Source: an uncultured virus (IMG/VR IMGVR_UViG_2061766007_000491)
Taxonomy: Duplodnaviria; Heunggongvirae; Uroviricota; Caudoviricetes
IMG/VR virus record: IMGVR_UViG_2061766007_000491
Reading direction: 5' to 3' (one strand)
Length of the DNA stretch: 64,000 nucleotides
The notes beneath the pieces are model-generated. The model had not been told where the DNA came from. It ran no database searches and saw only the letters and a program-made list of their open reading frames with translations. Positions 10,135 through 20,273 of the stretch are shown here, piece by piece (the stretch's first letter is position 1; each line of letters opens with the position of its first letter). Made by a program: the position numbers and the translations under genes.

Positions 10135-11393
10135 TGATATACGGATTAAAAGGGTTTCATTCATATTGGACTAAGCCACAGTTAGTTAAGCGTGGTAAAA
10201 TAACCATGCAAGACTTTGAGATACTGACGATGGCGTTAAGTGCGTGTGTGTTCAGACGGTTAGGTTATCCGATGACACTGATAACGGACACGAAAGGCGC
10301 ACAGTTTATGCAGAAAATAGGTGTATTACAGTGTTATGATAATGTATATACAACACTGGATAGACTGACAGGGGTGAATCCGAGCATCTTTTTCGCTGCG
10401 GGCAAGAACTTAGCGTATGAAATGATGACCACACCGTGCGTAAGTATTGATTTGGACGCAGTTGTGTGGAGAATGCCTGAATTTGACGAGTTCAATACCG
10501 ATTTAGTGGTGTTGCATGAGGATTTTATCGAGTGGGATTGTTACCATAGCTCGAAAGAATTGTATGGAGAGCTAGGATTTAAGTCTGATCTTTGGAATTG
10601 GGGTGTTAGACCATTCAATGTAGCTGTGTTACTGTTTAACAATAGCTATTTAAGAACAGCATATACTTCTCTGAGCCAGATGTTTATGGAAAACTACTCA
10701 CGGTTTTATTCCAGGGACTATTTACAGGAACAGAGCAAGGATATAGTCAAGTACGGCAGACATCCGAGGGTATTTGAACAGATTTTCGCCGAACAACAGC
10801 TATTAGCCATGATAGCGAATAGGATGAAAGCGAAGGTATGCACAATAAGCTCCATAGATAAGGCTACAGACCATTTAATGAGCAATCCGCTAGTGACACA
10901 CCTATGGGGAATAAAAACCGTTTATAGGTCAAATATGGAGGTTAAAGACGCACTTGTGACTGGATTGCTGAACACGCTGGGTAAAAACTATCCTGAGACA
11001 CGGCGGTTGTGTAATTATGTGCGGAAGGTTTACTCCAAGAGCAACAGGGACACTGAGGGTGATATATTTGAGGGCAGTTTCCAGTTTAAGGACACACCTA
11101 TAGCGGAGGACAGTTATTCCCACAGCATACCGTATCGGGATAGGATGATGAAGGTTTTAGACGTGCAGGGTGAAGTGATGGCGAGCGATATATGCTTTGG
11201 GTACAAGAGACCTGTGCGCAAGAACGGTGTGGTTGTAGTGGGTGAGAGTATATATTTGAGAGAAGGGGCTTTTTGCGTACTTCTGAGAGGCGGTAAAGCG
11301 GTGATAGTGAAAGCACCAGCTAACGCTATTAAGGATGGCGAGGGCTGGGTGAAAACGAAAGTGATTAAAAAAGTTAAGGAAGGAACACTATGA
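10134..11393 (+). CDS. DUF6734-like putative NDP-sugar transferase
   Basis: LSA...LITD..G, FFAAGK, SIDLDA (DxD), FAEQ, THLWG; paralogue of 11676..12536. Confidence 0.55.
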   Translation: MIYGLKGFHSYWTKPQLVKRGKITMQDFEILTMALSACVFRRLGYPMTLITDTKGAQFMQKIGVLQCYDNVYTTLDRLTGVNPSIFFAAGKNLAYEMMTTPCVSIDLDAVVWRMPEFDEFNTDLVVLHEDFIEWDCYHSSKELYGELGFKSDLWNWGVRPFNVAVLLFNNSYLRTAYTSLSQMFMENYSRFYSRDYLQEQSKDIVKYGRHPRVFEQIFAEQQLLAMIANRMKAKVCTISSIDKATDHLMSNPLVTHLWGIKTVYRSNMEVKDALVTGLLNTLGKNYPETRRLCNYVRKVYSKSNRDTEGDIFEGSFQFKDTPIAEDSYSHSIPYRDRMMKVLDVQGEVMASDICFGYKRPVRKNGVVVVGESIYLREGAFCVLLRGGKAVIVKAPANAIKDGEGWVKTKVIKKVKEGTL

Positions 11394-11611
11394 CAGGTAC
11401 TATTATAACAGTGGTTGTGATCGCTGTATTGGCGGTTATTCTGAGACAGACCATTATCAATAAGAACGCTGAATTGAAAGAGGCGTTTGATAAGCTGGAC
11501 GCTGAGGTCAAAGAAAAGGTGAAAACCGTTGCGACCGAGGTAAAAGAGAAGGTCGAAGAGGCTAAAGCCAAAAAGACGACCAAGAAAAAAGATGCGGAAC
11601 CTGAAAAATAA
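11390..11611 (+). CDS. Small membrane protein (N-terminal TM, Lys-rich tail)
   Basis: Hydrophobic IITVVVIAVLAVIL followed by a charged tail. Confidence 0.7.
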   Translation: MTGTIITVVVIAVLAVILRQTIINKNAELKEAFDKLDAEVKEKVKTVATEVKEKVEEAKAKKTTKKKDAEPEK

Positions 11612-11650
11612 TTGTAGAAAAAACGAGGGCTAGACGATATATATTAGATA
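11605..11650 (+). promoter_or_regulatory. Repeated promoter-like motif, copy 1
   Basis: AAAATAATTGTAGAAAAAACG-N11-ATATATATTAGATA; same motif and spacing at 58665..58710. Confidence 0.6.
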
Positions 11651-11675
11651 CTAGCCGATATGTGGCGTGGTTGGT

Positions 11676-12536
11676 ATGAATGGGTTTCATAGTTATTTTG
11701 TCACCCCGAAGGTGAGACAGGGAAAGGTCAGGTTCGCTAAGTTCGAGCTATTGACTTGGGTTGCGAGTGCCGTGCAGTGGAAAAAGCTGTATGGTGGGCT
11801 TGATTTTATTACAGATGCAGATGGTTTGCAGGTGATAAGCAAGCTCGGTCTGGGTGGGTTGTACGATTCCATTAAGGTATTGGACACACCGTTTAAGAAA
11901 ATCAATCCAAGTGTGTTCTGGGCAGCGGGTAAGATCGTGGCTATGAAACATTATGTGGGCTTTGAGGATGTGTATTCTGTGGACACGGACTGCATACTCT
12001 GGAAGCACATGAAGCAGAAGAGTGGGTTGGCATTGGTGGGATTGAATTATGACAATCCAGAGTTCTATAAGGTCGTGACTGAGCGATACAGGGATGATCT
12101 GAAAGGTTGGGGGTTGAATAATAAGCCTATCAATGCAGCCATACTCGGTTTTAACGGTTATTGTGGGGATGGAAGTCTCTTAGATGTGTTTACGTCTGTG
12201 AGCTTAAGGTTCATGGAAACGGTGTCAAGACGTGATAACTTGGACAGCGCAAGCATGATATTTGCAGAACAGAAGCTATCCGCTGAGGTATGTAGCCAGA
12301 TGGGATTGGATTATGGTGTGTTATGTCATGTTGATGCCAGTACAGGATACCATATTGAATGTGGAGATATACCGTATATAACACACTTATGGGACACCAA
12401 AGACACCTACAGACAGAGCGAGTCACGGCGAAACGCTTATATTAGCTGGTTGAACGATAGGGTATGTTCTGGGTTGGGACGTGCTAAACCTATCTGGGAA
12501 AAGATATATAACTTGAACGATATTGTGGAGGTATAA
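11676..12536 (+). CDS. DUF6734-like putative NDP-sugar transferase (paralogue)
   Basis: GFHSY, FITD, INPSVFWAAGK, SVDTDC, FAEQ, THLW shared with 10134..11393. Confidence 0.55.
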   Translation: MNGFHSYFVTPKVRQGKVRFAKFELLTWVASAVQWKKLYGGLDFITDADGLQVISKLGLGGLYDSIKVLDTPFKKINPSVFWAAGKIVAMKHYVGFEDVYSVDTDCILWKHMKQKSGLALVGLNYDNPEFYKVVTERYRDDLKGWGLNNKPINAAILGFNGYCGDGSLLDVFTSVSLRFMETVSRRDNLDSASMIFAEQKLSAEVCSQMGLDYGVLCHVDASTGYHIECGDIPYITHLWDTKDTYRQSESRRNAYISWLNDRVCSGLGRAKPIWEKIYNLNDIVEV

Positions 12537-12537
12537 A

Positions 12538-12894
12538 ATGAGTAGTAGTAAGGCATTTGATATTGATGAGAATACACAGAAGCCTTGTGTTTATGTGAGC
12601 AGGGTCAATCCGAGGTACGAAGTGACTGTGATTGATCTGAACGGTGTCCCTAAGAGAGTGGACAGGAAAGAAGCAGTGTATGACGGTGAGACGGTCAGGG
12701 CTATTACAAGGGAACAGCCTATTAAAGATGTTGAACCCGCTTATACGGTATCTATGAAGTTTGACGGTATCGAGAAGGATGTGATGGACATGGTAGTGGC
12801 TGCACCTGTACGGTACTGGCGCAAGGATAGATTTTACGTTAGCGGTGATGTGAATAACCCGATTGTAGGTCATGTGTTAGTGAGTCAGTCTTAG
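12538..12894 (+). CDS. Hypothetical protein
   Basis: Intact ORF in operon-like packing. Confidence 0.6.
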   Translation: MSSSKAFDIDENTQKPCVYVSRVNPRYEVTVIDLNGVPKRVDRKEAVYDGETVRAITREQPIKDVEPAYTVSMKFDGIEKDVMDMVVAAPVRYWRKDRFYVSGDVNNPIVGHVLVSQS

Positions 12895-12895
12895 T

Positions 12896-13135
12896 ATGAA
12901 GGATTTTGAAACAAGAAACATTAGGAATGCCGTTGTAAAGGTACGGCTGACAAGGGACTTACCTGTAACCAAAGTATTAAAGACAGGCGAAGAGGTGTCC
13001 CTTGAGCTACTGACAGGCGACTTGAACGGTGTTTCGTTCAAAGCCAGAACAGCGGATGGGTGTGAGTGTGTGCTGAATAATAATGCCTACAAAGACATGG
13101 TTATTCTTGCTAAGAGTGGTGAGCCTTTAAGATAG
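12896..13135 (+). CDS. Hypothetical protein
   Basis: Intact ORF with 1-nt spacing to both neighbours. Confidence 0.6.
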   Translation: MKDFETRNIRNAVVKVRLTRDLPVTKVLKTGEEVSLELLTGDLNGVSFKARTADGCECVLNNNAYKDMVILAKSGEPLR

Positions 13136-13136
13136 T

Positions 13137-14615
13137 ATGCAGTTAGTTGGTGTGACACCGAGCAAAGCCCAGAATGATGGGGTTGCTTTTTTGATGGAGC
13201 GGGACGGTGGGTGTCTCTTATACGCAACAGGCACAGGCAAGACGGTTATTCAGATAATGACCGCCATGCAAGCGATCGAGACAGGTAAGGTCAATAAGTT
13301 TATTATTATAGCTACTGTATCGAGCTTTATTGAGATCAAGAACGACTTTAAGAAGTTTACCGATGTAAAGCCGTTTCTGATCGAGGATGTGGAAGGGTTA
13401 GCTGAGTTTGCCAAGAACGATAGTCCTATTGGCATAGCGGTGTATTCCAGACTGATGGCTATGGTGAGCATAAACAGAAAGCCAGCAGCAGGGTTGAGTC
13501 TGGAAGGATGCAGAGCGTTAGAAGCGTTGTTTCGGAATAAGGTGGGCTTTACGTTTGATGAAGTCCACACGTTAAAGAATCCGAAAGCGCAGGTAACGCA
13601 GTTTTATAAGATGCTGAGACCGTATATGACTGTATGCTATGGTCTGACGGCAACGGCTATTATGAGTGAGTTGATGGACTTGTACCATACACTGAGCTTT
13701 TGTAAACCTGGGTGTCTAGGCAGTAAAAACAAGTTCTCGAACCATTACATAGTGTGGCGTGATAGACAGTTCCAGAACGGTCGCACGGTGAGAGAGCCAG
13801 CTAAGTATATCAATCTGGACGAGCTTGGTCAGGAAGTGGATAAGGTGGCTTTAAGGTATTACCCCGACAGGGATATTGATTTTCAGCTTATTAAAGCACC
13901 GATGAGCGAAGGAACCCGCCAGAGATACTATGAAGCTGCCGAGGGTGTACTGGAAGAGATAGCAAAGGACAAGCAAGCTGCCTATGAAGCGTATTGTAAA
14001 GGCGGTGAGGATGGTCTGTCTGTGAAGTCTTACAGTGCCAGAATGGTGGACTTGCAGTATGTGGTGAATGATGACCCGAATAAAAAGAATGCTTATCTGG
14101 GTTATCTGAAAGAGCATATTGAGCAGGGTGTTTTGACATTCTGCGCATTCCATGAAACTGTGGGTGTGGTTGAGTCTGTACTGAGTGACTGTAAGGGTAT
14201 CGAGGTTAGAACGATCACAGGCAAGCAAGACGAGGAAGAGCGCAGAGAGAATAAGGAATGGTTCTGTGCTAATCCGAGGAATAAGGTGCTGATAATCACC
14301 AGAGCGGGTGGACAGAGCTTGAACCTGCAAGCAACACCGAACATGATATTTTACGATATACCGTTCGGAGCAGGTCAGGCGACACAGATTTTTGGTAGAG
14401 TGGTGCGTGAGTATAGTTCGTTTAAGAGCTTTAGCATAGCGTTTCTGGCAGTGGAAGATACCATAGACCAGTACAAGTACGATATGCTGGCTGCGAACAA
14501 GGAATTGTTTATGAAGGTACTAAGCAATAGCGTGATGCCTAAGAGTCAGATATTACAGACCTATAACAAGGCGATCATTGACAGACTGAGGCGGTCACTG
14601 CTATGGAAAAATTGA
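13137..14615 (+). CDS. Superfamily 2 (SNF2-like) helicase
   Basis: Walker A TGTGKT, DEVH, LTAT, GGQSLNLQ, Q.FGRVVR. Confidence 0.9.
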   Translation: MQLVGVTPSKAQNDGVAFLMERDGGCLLYATGTGKTVIQIMTAMQAIETGKVNKFIIIATVSSFIEIKNDFKKFTDVKPFLIEDVEGLAEFAKNDSPIGIAVYSRLMAMVSINRKPAAGLSLEGCRALEALFRNKVGFTFDEVHTLKNPKAQVTQFYKMLRPYMTVCYGLTATAIMSELMDLYHTLSFCKPGCLGSKNKFSNHYIVWRDRQFQNGRTVREPAKYINLDELGQEVDKVALRYYPDRDIDFQLIKAPMSEGTRQRYYEAAEGVLEEIAKDKQAAYEAYCKGGEDGLSVKSYSARMVDLQYVVNDDPNKKNAYLGYLKEHIEQGVLTFCAFHETVGVVESVLSDCKGIEVRTITGKQDEEERRENKEWFCANPRNKVLIITRAGGQSLNLQATPNMIFYDIPFGAGQATQIFGRVVREYSSFKSFSIAFLAVEDTIDQYKYDMLAANKELFMKVLSNSVMPKSQILQTYNKAIIDRLRRSLLWKN

Positions 14616-14616
14616 T

Positions 14617-15240
14617 ATGGTAACACCGTTTGTAGAGAATACTTTTAGCCTCACAGAAGATTTTTATGGACGTAAGGCAGCTTCGTTTTACATTGACCCT
14701 TGGTTATGCCGTAACGTATGTGCGAGGTGTGCAATCCGAGAATGGAAAGACCAGCCGTACAAGTTGATGGAAGAGGATATGTTTTACCGTGAGTTGGCTA
14801 GGTATTCTTTATTCAAGGTGGGACTTATCAACATAAGAGGCGGGGATATATCGAATAAAGGATTATTGCGAGCGGATGGGATGCCATTGGAAGAGCTATT
14901 GCCAGTAGCAAGGAAGGTAGCACCGATATGTGTATGGACGAACGGGAGCAACCCTGATGCGATAGAAAGCCTGAAACCGTATGTGGATGGTTTTAGAATA
15001 GATATAAAAGTGCCGTTATTTGATAAGGTGACACGGAGAAGTAAAGTCTTGTGGGAAAGAGCCATAGGCTTTAAGAAGGGCGTGGACACTTATGTGAATG
15101 CGGTGAAAAAGTCAATAATTTTAGTGGACGGGATGCCTGAAACTTATTACACTTCGAGCAGTTGGCGGGACATGGATGCTGGCTATCGTGAGTTGATGGT
15201 TGATGCTATGAAGGATAAGTTGTCTCGTTTTGAGGTGTAA
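14617..15240 (+). CDS. Radical SAM protein (NrdG/PFL-activase-like)
   Basis: CxxxCxxC (CRNVCARC), GG motif, WTNGS, IDIK. Confidence 0.7.
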   Translation: MVTPFVENTFSLTEDFYGRKAASFYIDPWLCRNVCARCAIREWKDQPYKLMEEDMFYRELARYSLFKVGLINIRGGDISNKGLLRADGMPLEELLPVARKVAPICVWTNGSNPDAIESLKPYVDGFRIDIKVPLFDKVTRRSKVLWERAIGFKKGVDTYVNAVKKSIILVDGMPETYYTSSSWRDMDAGYRELMVDAMKDKLSRFEV

Positions 15241-15246
15241 ATTATT

Positions 15247-15420
15247 ATGGTACACGGACAATGTGATTTTTGTGGGCAAGAAGCTGATTTAGAACAGATT
15301 AAGTGTATAGTATGTCACAAGGATTTTTTGGTGTGTAAAGACTGCGAGACAGATATATGCTATGAATGTGAGAGCGGTGAGGTTGAGGAGGTTGTAAATG
15401 GAACAGAATCAGAAGTTTAG
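15247..15420 (+). CDS. 57-aa Cys-rich Zn-finger protein (not in ORF track)
   Basis: Manual translation MVHGQCDFCGQEADLEQIKCIVCHKDFLVCKDCETDICYECESG...; four CxxC; fills the gap between genes. Confidence 0.7.
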   Translation: MVHGQCDFCGQEADLEQIKCIVCHKDFLVCKDCETDICYECESGEVEEVVNGTESEV

Positions 15421-16087
15421 GATTCTAAAAGCGTATCTGGGTTACTTCTGTGTGCCTGTACCAAAGGAGACACGAGACAAGTTCGCCGAGAAGTTCACCA
15501 GCAGGGAAATAACAAGTATTTACGCAGAAGGTACATGGGATAAGCTGAAAGAGTTGGCTGCATGGGCGTTACTGCATTGGGGTGAGCAAAACTATAAGGC
15601 AGAGTCAACTTACGATATACTGAATCGCTTTTTTGGTATAGGTGAAGAGGAAGAGGGTAAGAAGTCTTTTTACGATGTGGATATACCCGTATTGGTGATA
15701 TATCACTTGGAAACGACTTTGCCGAATAAATACACGGCTGACTGTTTAGCGCAGACTTGGGAAGAGCGTAAGGTGCGTGGGTTGCCTACTATAATACTGT
15801 CTTGCTGTGCCAGTGCGTCTATGAGTAAGTTTTTCAGTGAACATGGTGTGCCAGTGATTAAGCTGACCTCTGGGCTGAAAAAGATGCGGAACGAGGTTGG
15901 CGAAGTGGCTAAGGAAACACCAGAGAAAGCCAAGCTCAAGAAAGAAGTGTTCCTGAGAGAGAAAGACCAGCATAAGACGAACGTGGAGCGTAAGAAGGAT
16001 GCTATAGCCAAAGCATTGGAAAACGCAAATAGCGGTGAACGTAAGGAGATCAAGAAGGTAGGACGGATTATAAAAGCAGATTTATGA
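15398..16087 (+). CDS. Possible degenerate DnaC/IstB-like helicase loader
   Basis: ER..RGLPTIILS resembles the DnaC/IstB sensor region; lies directly upstream of DnaB; no Walker A visible. Confidence 0.45.
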   Translation: MEQNQKFRILKAYLGYFCVPVPKETRDKFAEKFTSREITSIYAEGTWDKLKELAAWALLHWGEQNYKAESTYDILNRFFGIGEEEEGKKSFYDVDIPVLVIYHLETTLPNKYTADCLAQTWEERKVRGLPTIILSCCASASMSKFFSEHGVPVIKLTSGLKKMRNEVGEVAKETPEKAKLKKEVFLREKDQHKTNVERKKDAIAKALENANSGERKEIKKVGRIIKADL

Positions 16088-17454
16088 ACAATACATTATA
16101 CCCCACACTGGAAGCTCAATCATTGGTGATACTGAATAATTTGAATCAGTTAGACCCAATGGATGTGGAAGAGATCATTCAAGCAATAGAACGCACATCA
16201 GCAAGCGTACATACGGATGTGTATAAAAAAGCGTTAGAGTTTTACAGATTCTCTAAGGAAAAACACTGGCCTGATATAAACTATCTGCGGTCGCAGTTCG
16301 GTGAAGCGATAAGGGTGGTTGAGGAACCTAATTTTAGCTTTGATTTTGTAGCAGGGTTCATCTTAGAGTGTAAAATGGAGATAACCTCGACCGATGTGCG
16401 TATGGCTGCCTTGAACCGTGACTTCAAGGCAGCGGGCATGATAATTGAAGCCAGTGGGTTAGAGGAACAACGCACAGAAGAGTTTACCGAGGATGACGCA
16501 TTAGAGGAATATAAGATACGCAGAGAAAATCCCTCTGGTATCTTGTTAGACGTACCTGAGATAGACGAGTTTACGCATGGTATATGCTATGGGAATCCCT
16601 GTGTAGTGGGTGGTGGCCCTGGTAGTGGAAAGAGTACATTTGCGATCAGTGCGACTTATGGGGCGTTGATGCGTAACTTTAATTGTGTGTATATCAGCAC
16701 AGAATTGAGCAAGGCAGACCTGATGTTTAATTTTATATCAAGACATAGCTATGAAATGAATATCAGGAACGAGGTAAGCTGTAGTCTGAATGCAGATAGG
16801 ATTAAGAAAGCGACCTTGACCGATAAAGAGTATGAGACCTTTGAAGCGGTGCGTCAGGACTTTAAGAATTGCAAGCGTGGCAAGCTGAGGCTTTATAGTG
16901 GTGGTGACTTCTCACCGTTTAGCCCGATAGGGTTTAGGCATGAAATGAATATGCTGGTCAAGAAGTGGGGGTATCTGGACTTGATCGTGTTGGATTATGT
17001 GCAGAACTGTGTTGTATGGAAAAGCGACCCCAGACAAGATGCAACGCAGTTTTTGAACAGCTTAGTGGAGTATTTAAGAGCGTTTTCAGTGGGCTTTAAT
17101 AAGCATGGTGTGTGTATGATGATATTGAGCCAGTTGAACCGTGAAGGTGTTAAAAAGATACAGCGGAGTCATTCTGGCGATTTAACCTGTTTCGCTGAAT
17201 TGAACACACTGGAACGATGCGCACATACAGCGATATTATTACATGGGGATGCCAGCACCAAGCTGAGAGGTCAGGTCATGGCACAGATCATTAAGAACCG
17301 AAGTGGTGAGTCAATGGCTGAAATGCGTTGTGTAAACTTTGAACCGCAGTATTTTAAGGTGGGCGGTGGTGCTATGAAAGAGGTACTGAACGAGGAATCA
17401 CTTGGACAGATGAGTGATGAAGTCAACGGAGGTGCATTTGAATCCATGTTCTAA
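16084..17454 (+). CDS. dnaB: Replicative DnaB-like (SF4) helicase
   Basis: GGPGSGKS, YISTE, LDYVQ, LSQLNR, IIKNR.G. Confidence 0.9.
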   Translation: MNNTLYPTLEAQSLVILNNLNQLDPMDVEEIIQAIERTSASVHTDVYKKALEFYRFSKEKHWPDINYLRSQFGEAIRVVEEPNFSFDFVAGFILECKMEITSTDVRMAALNRDFKAAGMIIEASGLEEQRTEEFTEDDALEEYKIRRENPSGILLDVPEIDEFTHGICYGNPCVVGGGPGSGKSTFAISATYGALMRNFNCVYISTELSKADLMFNFISRHSYEMNIRNEVSCSLNADRIKKATLTDKEYETFEAVRQDFKNCKRGKLRLYSGGDFSPFSPIGFRHEMNMLVKKWGYLDLIVLDYVQNCVVWKSDPRQDATQFLNSLVEYLRAFSVGFNKHGVCMMILSQLNREGVKKIQRSHSGDLTCFAELNTLERCAHTAILLHGDASTKLRGQVMAQIIKNRSGESMAEMRCVNFEPQYFKVGGGAMKEVLNEESLGQMSDEVNGGAFESMF

Positions 17455-17908
17455 TAAGTCGGGGGTCGTGTGCTTTGCAGACCTGATACCGTATGAGTAT
17501 AAGGTGCGGAAGTTTGTATCGTATCTAGTGCCGATATGGACGTTTTTCGGGGATTTTACTAATCAGAATGTACCTTGCCCGTTCCACCACGATAATACAC
17601 CTAGTGCCAAGCTGTTTGTGGACGATGATAAAATATCGAGGTTATTCTGTTACGCTTGTAGGCAACAGTTTACCAGTTACGACTATATAAAGCTGGTACT
17701 GAATAAGAACCCGATACTGTATTTAAGAGAACGCTATGCGGAGGTGCGCTTAGATGAGCAAGCGGTGTACTTTGCTAACAACCTGTGGGGTGATGCGCCA
17801 TTAGAGACAGGCATGAATTGGCAAGAGATCGAGCGAGACGTGCATGATATGGGTGTGGTGGCTGCGTTGAATAAGCATTATAAAGTGGAGAAGTTGAATT
17901 ATGCCTGA
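17414..17908 (+). CDS. Stand-alone CHC2 primase-type zinc-finger protein
   Basis: CPFHHDNTPS...FCYAC; start codon uncertain. Confidence 0.75.
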   Translation: MMKSTEVHLNPCSNKSGVVCFADLIPYEYKVRKFVSYLVPIWTFFGDFTNQNVPCPFHHDNTPSAKLFVDDDKISRLFCYACRQQFTSYDYIKLVLNKNPILYLRERYAEVRLDEQAVYFANNLWGDAPLETGMNWQEIERDVHDMGVVAALNKHYKVEKLNYA

Positions 17909-19931
17909 TGATATTGTGTTTGAGGGGTATAAACCCTTTTTACCCGAAGCGAGACCAGACACTAAGTTTGCAGAGGGGTTTCAGTGTGAGTGTGTGACTA
18001 CTATAGCGAGGTTCAAGGAACTCACAGATGGGCTTTCAAACGTGTTAGTGGCGTTTGACAGTGAGACGAAGAGCCTTGATTTTAGCGTGAAAGAGCCTGT
18101 AGTGGGTGTCTCATGGAGTACAACAGCCTATAATGGGTACTATGTGCCTTTGAGACATAAGATCGGGCAGAATTTTGAGGATGTAAAGCAGTTTTGGACA
18201 CTCTGGTTTGAGTTTTTGAAGCGGAACAGACGTATAGGGTACAATGTGGCTTTCGACTTGATGATGTTTCAGGCAGAAGGGTTGGATATAACACAGATTC
18301 CCTCGTTTGAAGTGATGGCATTGGTGTATAACGCTGATACTAACGTGAAAACGAACGGATTGAAGTGGGCTGCTAAGTATTATCTGGGACGTTCGCCCAA
18401 GACGTTTGAGGAAACAGTGGGTAAGCATGATACGTTTGACATGATAAGCCCACAGGAGGGTTATTATTACGCTTGCTGTGATACTGCAAACACAATGGGA
18501 CTCTATCAGGTGTTGGGTAAGGCGATCATTGCTGAATGCCCAAAGGTGGTTCGGATAGATAACAGACTGGCGAACATGATGCCTCGCATACTGAGTAATG
18601 ATCTCACCATAGACAGTGAGGAAATGAAAAGTATGTATGATGAAATGAAAGCTAAGAAGGATTCCATTGAAACAGAGATATTTAAGTATTTCGGAGGTGA
18701 GTTTATCAATCTGGATTCTAAGCCACAGTTGTCTAACTTGTTCGACCAGTTGGGTATAGACACAGGGGAACGTACTGCTTCTGGGTATATGAAGCTGGAT
18801 GATGAGCATTTAAGCAAGATAGATCATCCAGTGGGCAAGCTACTCTCTGAGAGAGCCAGTCTGACGAAACAGTTGTCCAGCTATGTTGAGAAGTTAAGCA
18901 CTATCCATGTGGGTCATGTGGCTTATGACATTTTTAGAGTGCCTACGGGACGTTTAGCGTCTGGAAACAGGAAAAATCCGTATTTTCTGATGCTGAACTA
19001 TCAGAATTTGACTAAACCGCATCCAGCAGTGTTTGAGGCTATTGAGAGTGACGAGCCTGGGAATGTATTGGGCTGGAAGTTTATCCAGTGTAGCAAGAAG
19101 GATATGCAGCCTGGTCGTATGTATGTGGAAGGATATGACCCACACCATAACGTGAGACGTGCAATCACTGTGCCGAATAAAGACGAATGGTATTTTGCCA
19201 GTGTGGATTATAAAGCAGAAGAGCTATTGATTGCCTCGCAGTTTAGCAGAGACCCAATATTCTGCGAAGCGTTTGAAACAGGGGATGACCTGCACAAGAA
19301 AGTTGCTATAGAAATGTTCGGTGCTGCGAATTACGATAATTCTAAGCGTAAGAAAGCGAAAATGTGTAACTTTGGCTTGTTATACGGTGGTTCTGCAAGT
19401 GTATTGGCGAACGTGTCGAATATACCCTTAAAAGAGGCACAGGAGCTATTTGATTCATATTGGAAAACCATGAAGGTGCTGGGGAACTGGCGCAAGTTCG
19501 TGGTGAGTGAGGCTTATAGGCATTCTGGCGTGGTTTATACGGCGTTTGGCAGACCCAGAAGGTTAAAATCGTATCTGACTAGTCCTATCTCGAAGGTACG
19601 GACGTTTGGCGAGAGATCAGTGTGTTCCCACATGATTCAAGGCACAGGCGGTGACGTGATACGCATAGTGCTGGTGGAGTTGTTTAACCAGCTATTTATA
19701 CCGTACCCAGATAGGATTAGGTTTGTGGGGTGTGTGCATGATGAGGTGGACGTTGCAATCAGAAAGGACAGTATGGAGTTGCTGGATAAGATGATGCAGA
19801 TAATGTGCGTAAAGCCACCTGGTTTTAGGATTCCATTACAGGTTGACCCTGAGATTGGTTATAGTTATGGTGAAATGTGGGGGTTCGAGAAGGATAAAAC
19901 CACAGGGAAATGGTCGCCTTGCACGATTTAA
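17901..19931 (+). CDS. polA: Family A DNA polymerase with 3'-5' exonuclease
   Basis: Exo DSET / YNVAFD / YACCD; TGRLAS; motif A DYKAEEL; motif B RKKAKMCNFGLLYG; IQG; motif C VHDE. Confidence 0.95.
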   Translation: MPDDIVFEGYKPFLPEARPDTKFAEGFQCECVTTIARFKELTDGLSNVLVAFDSETKSLDFSVKEPVVGVSWSTTAYNGYYVPLRHKIGQNFEDVKQFWTLWFEFLKRNRRIGYNVAFDLMMFQAEGLDITQIPSFEVMALVYNADTNVKTNGLKWAAKYYLGRSPKTFEETVGKHDTFDMISPQEGYYYACCDTANTMGLYQVLGKAIIAECPKVVRIDNRLANMMPRILSNDLTIDSEEMKSMYDEMKAKKDSIETEIFKYFGGEFINLDSKPQLSNLFDQLGIDTGERTASGYMKLDDEHLSKIDHPVGKLLSERASLTKQLSSYVEKLSTIHVGHVAYDIFRVPTGRLASGNRKNPYFLMLNYQNLTKPHPAVFEAIESDEPGNVLGWKFIQCSKKDMQPGRMYVEGYDPHHNVRRAITVPNKDEWYFASVDYKAEELLIASQFSRDPIFCEAFETGDDLHKKVAIEMFGAANYDNSKRKKAKMCNFGLLYGGSASVLANVSNIPLKEAQELFDSYWKTMKVLGNWRKFVVSEAYRHSGVVYTAFGRPRRLKSYLTSPISKVRTFGERSVCSHMIQGTGGDVIRIVLVELFNQLFIPYPDRIRFVGCVHDEVDVAIRKDSMELLDKMMQIMCVKPPGFRIPLQVDPEIGYSYGEMWGFEKDKTTGKWSPCTI

Positions 19932-20008
19932 TAAAAAAGTGAAAAAATTTTTCACAGTGTAATATAGTGGATGATAGTGGTTTACAGAGGTGTGAATAAA
20001 AAATATGA

Positions 20009-20056
20009 AAAAATTTTATACAAAAATGTTGACAAGAAAGCGAGATTGTATAAAAT
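20009..20056 (+). promoter_or_regulatory. Sigma70-type promoter with A-tract UP element
   Basis: TTGACA (20029)-16 nt-TAAAAT (20051), preceded by AAAAATTTTATACAAAAAT. Confidence 0.65.
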
Positions 20057-20067
20057 NNNNNNNNNNT

Positions 20068-20212
20068 TATAGATCAGGCTGTAGTATTATAAGAGGTTTT
20101 CTGGGCAGTTATAGTGGCACAAGCTATACCTATAACGGGATGGATATGTTTAGTAACCGCAAGGAGTTTGTAGATAGGTTGTTTAGTGAGGTAGCTAAGG
20201 AAAATGACTATT
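20068..20212 (+). repeat. Diverged copy of part of gene 22661..23830, between two N gaps
   Basis: Aligns codon-for-codon with 23468..23612 (GFLGSYSGTSYTYNGMD.FSNRK.FVDRL). Confidence 0.8.
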
Positions 20213-20273
20213 GNNNNNNNNNNATTTCCGTGCTTCGGCAATGAAGCCGACACAGTATTAGAAAGGGCAATAC

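Noticed and set aside
20068..20212. Possible DGR template/variable repeat pair with 23468..23612
   Set aside because: Mismatches are not adenine-specific (C/T, TTT/GCC etc.), no reverse transcriptase is in the window, and the copy sits between two N gaps; more likely a paralogue fragment or a mis-scaffolded strain variant.
20005..20244. 79-aa ORF in the track
   Set aside because: Spans two N gaps and a promoter; artefact.
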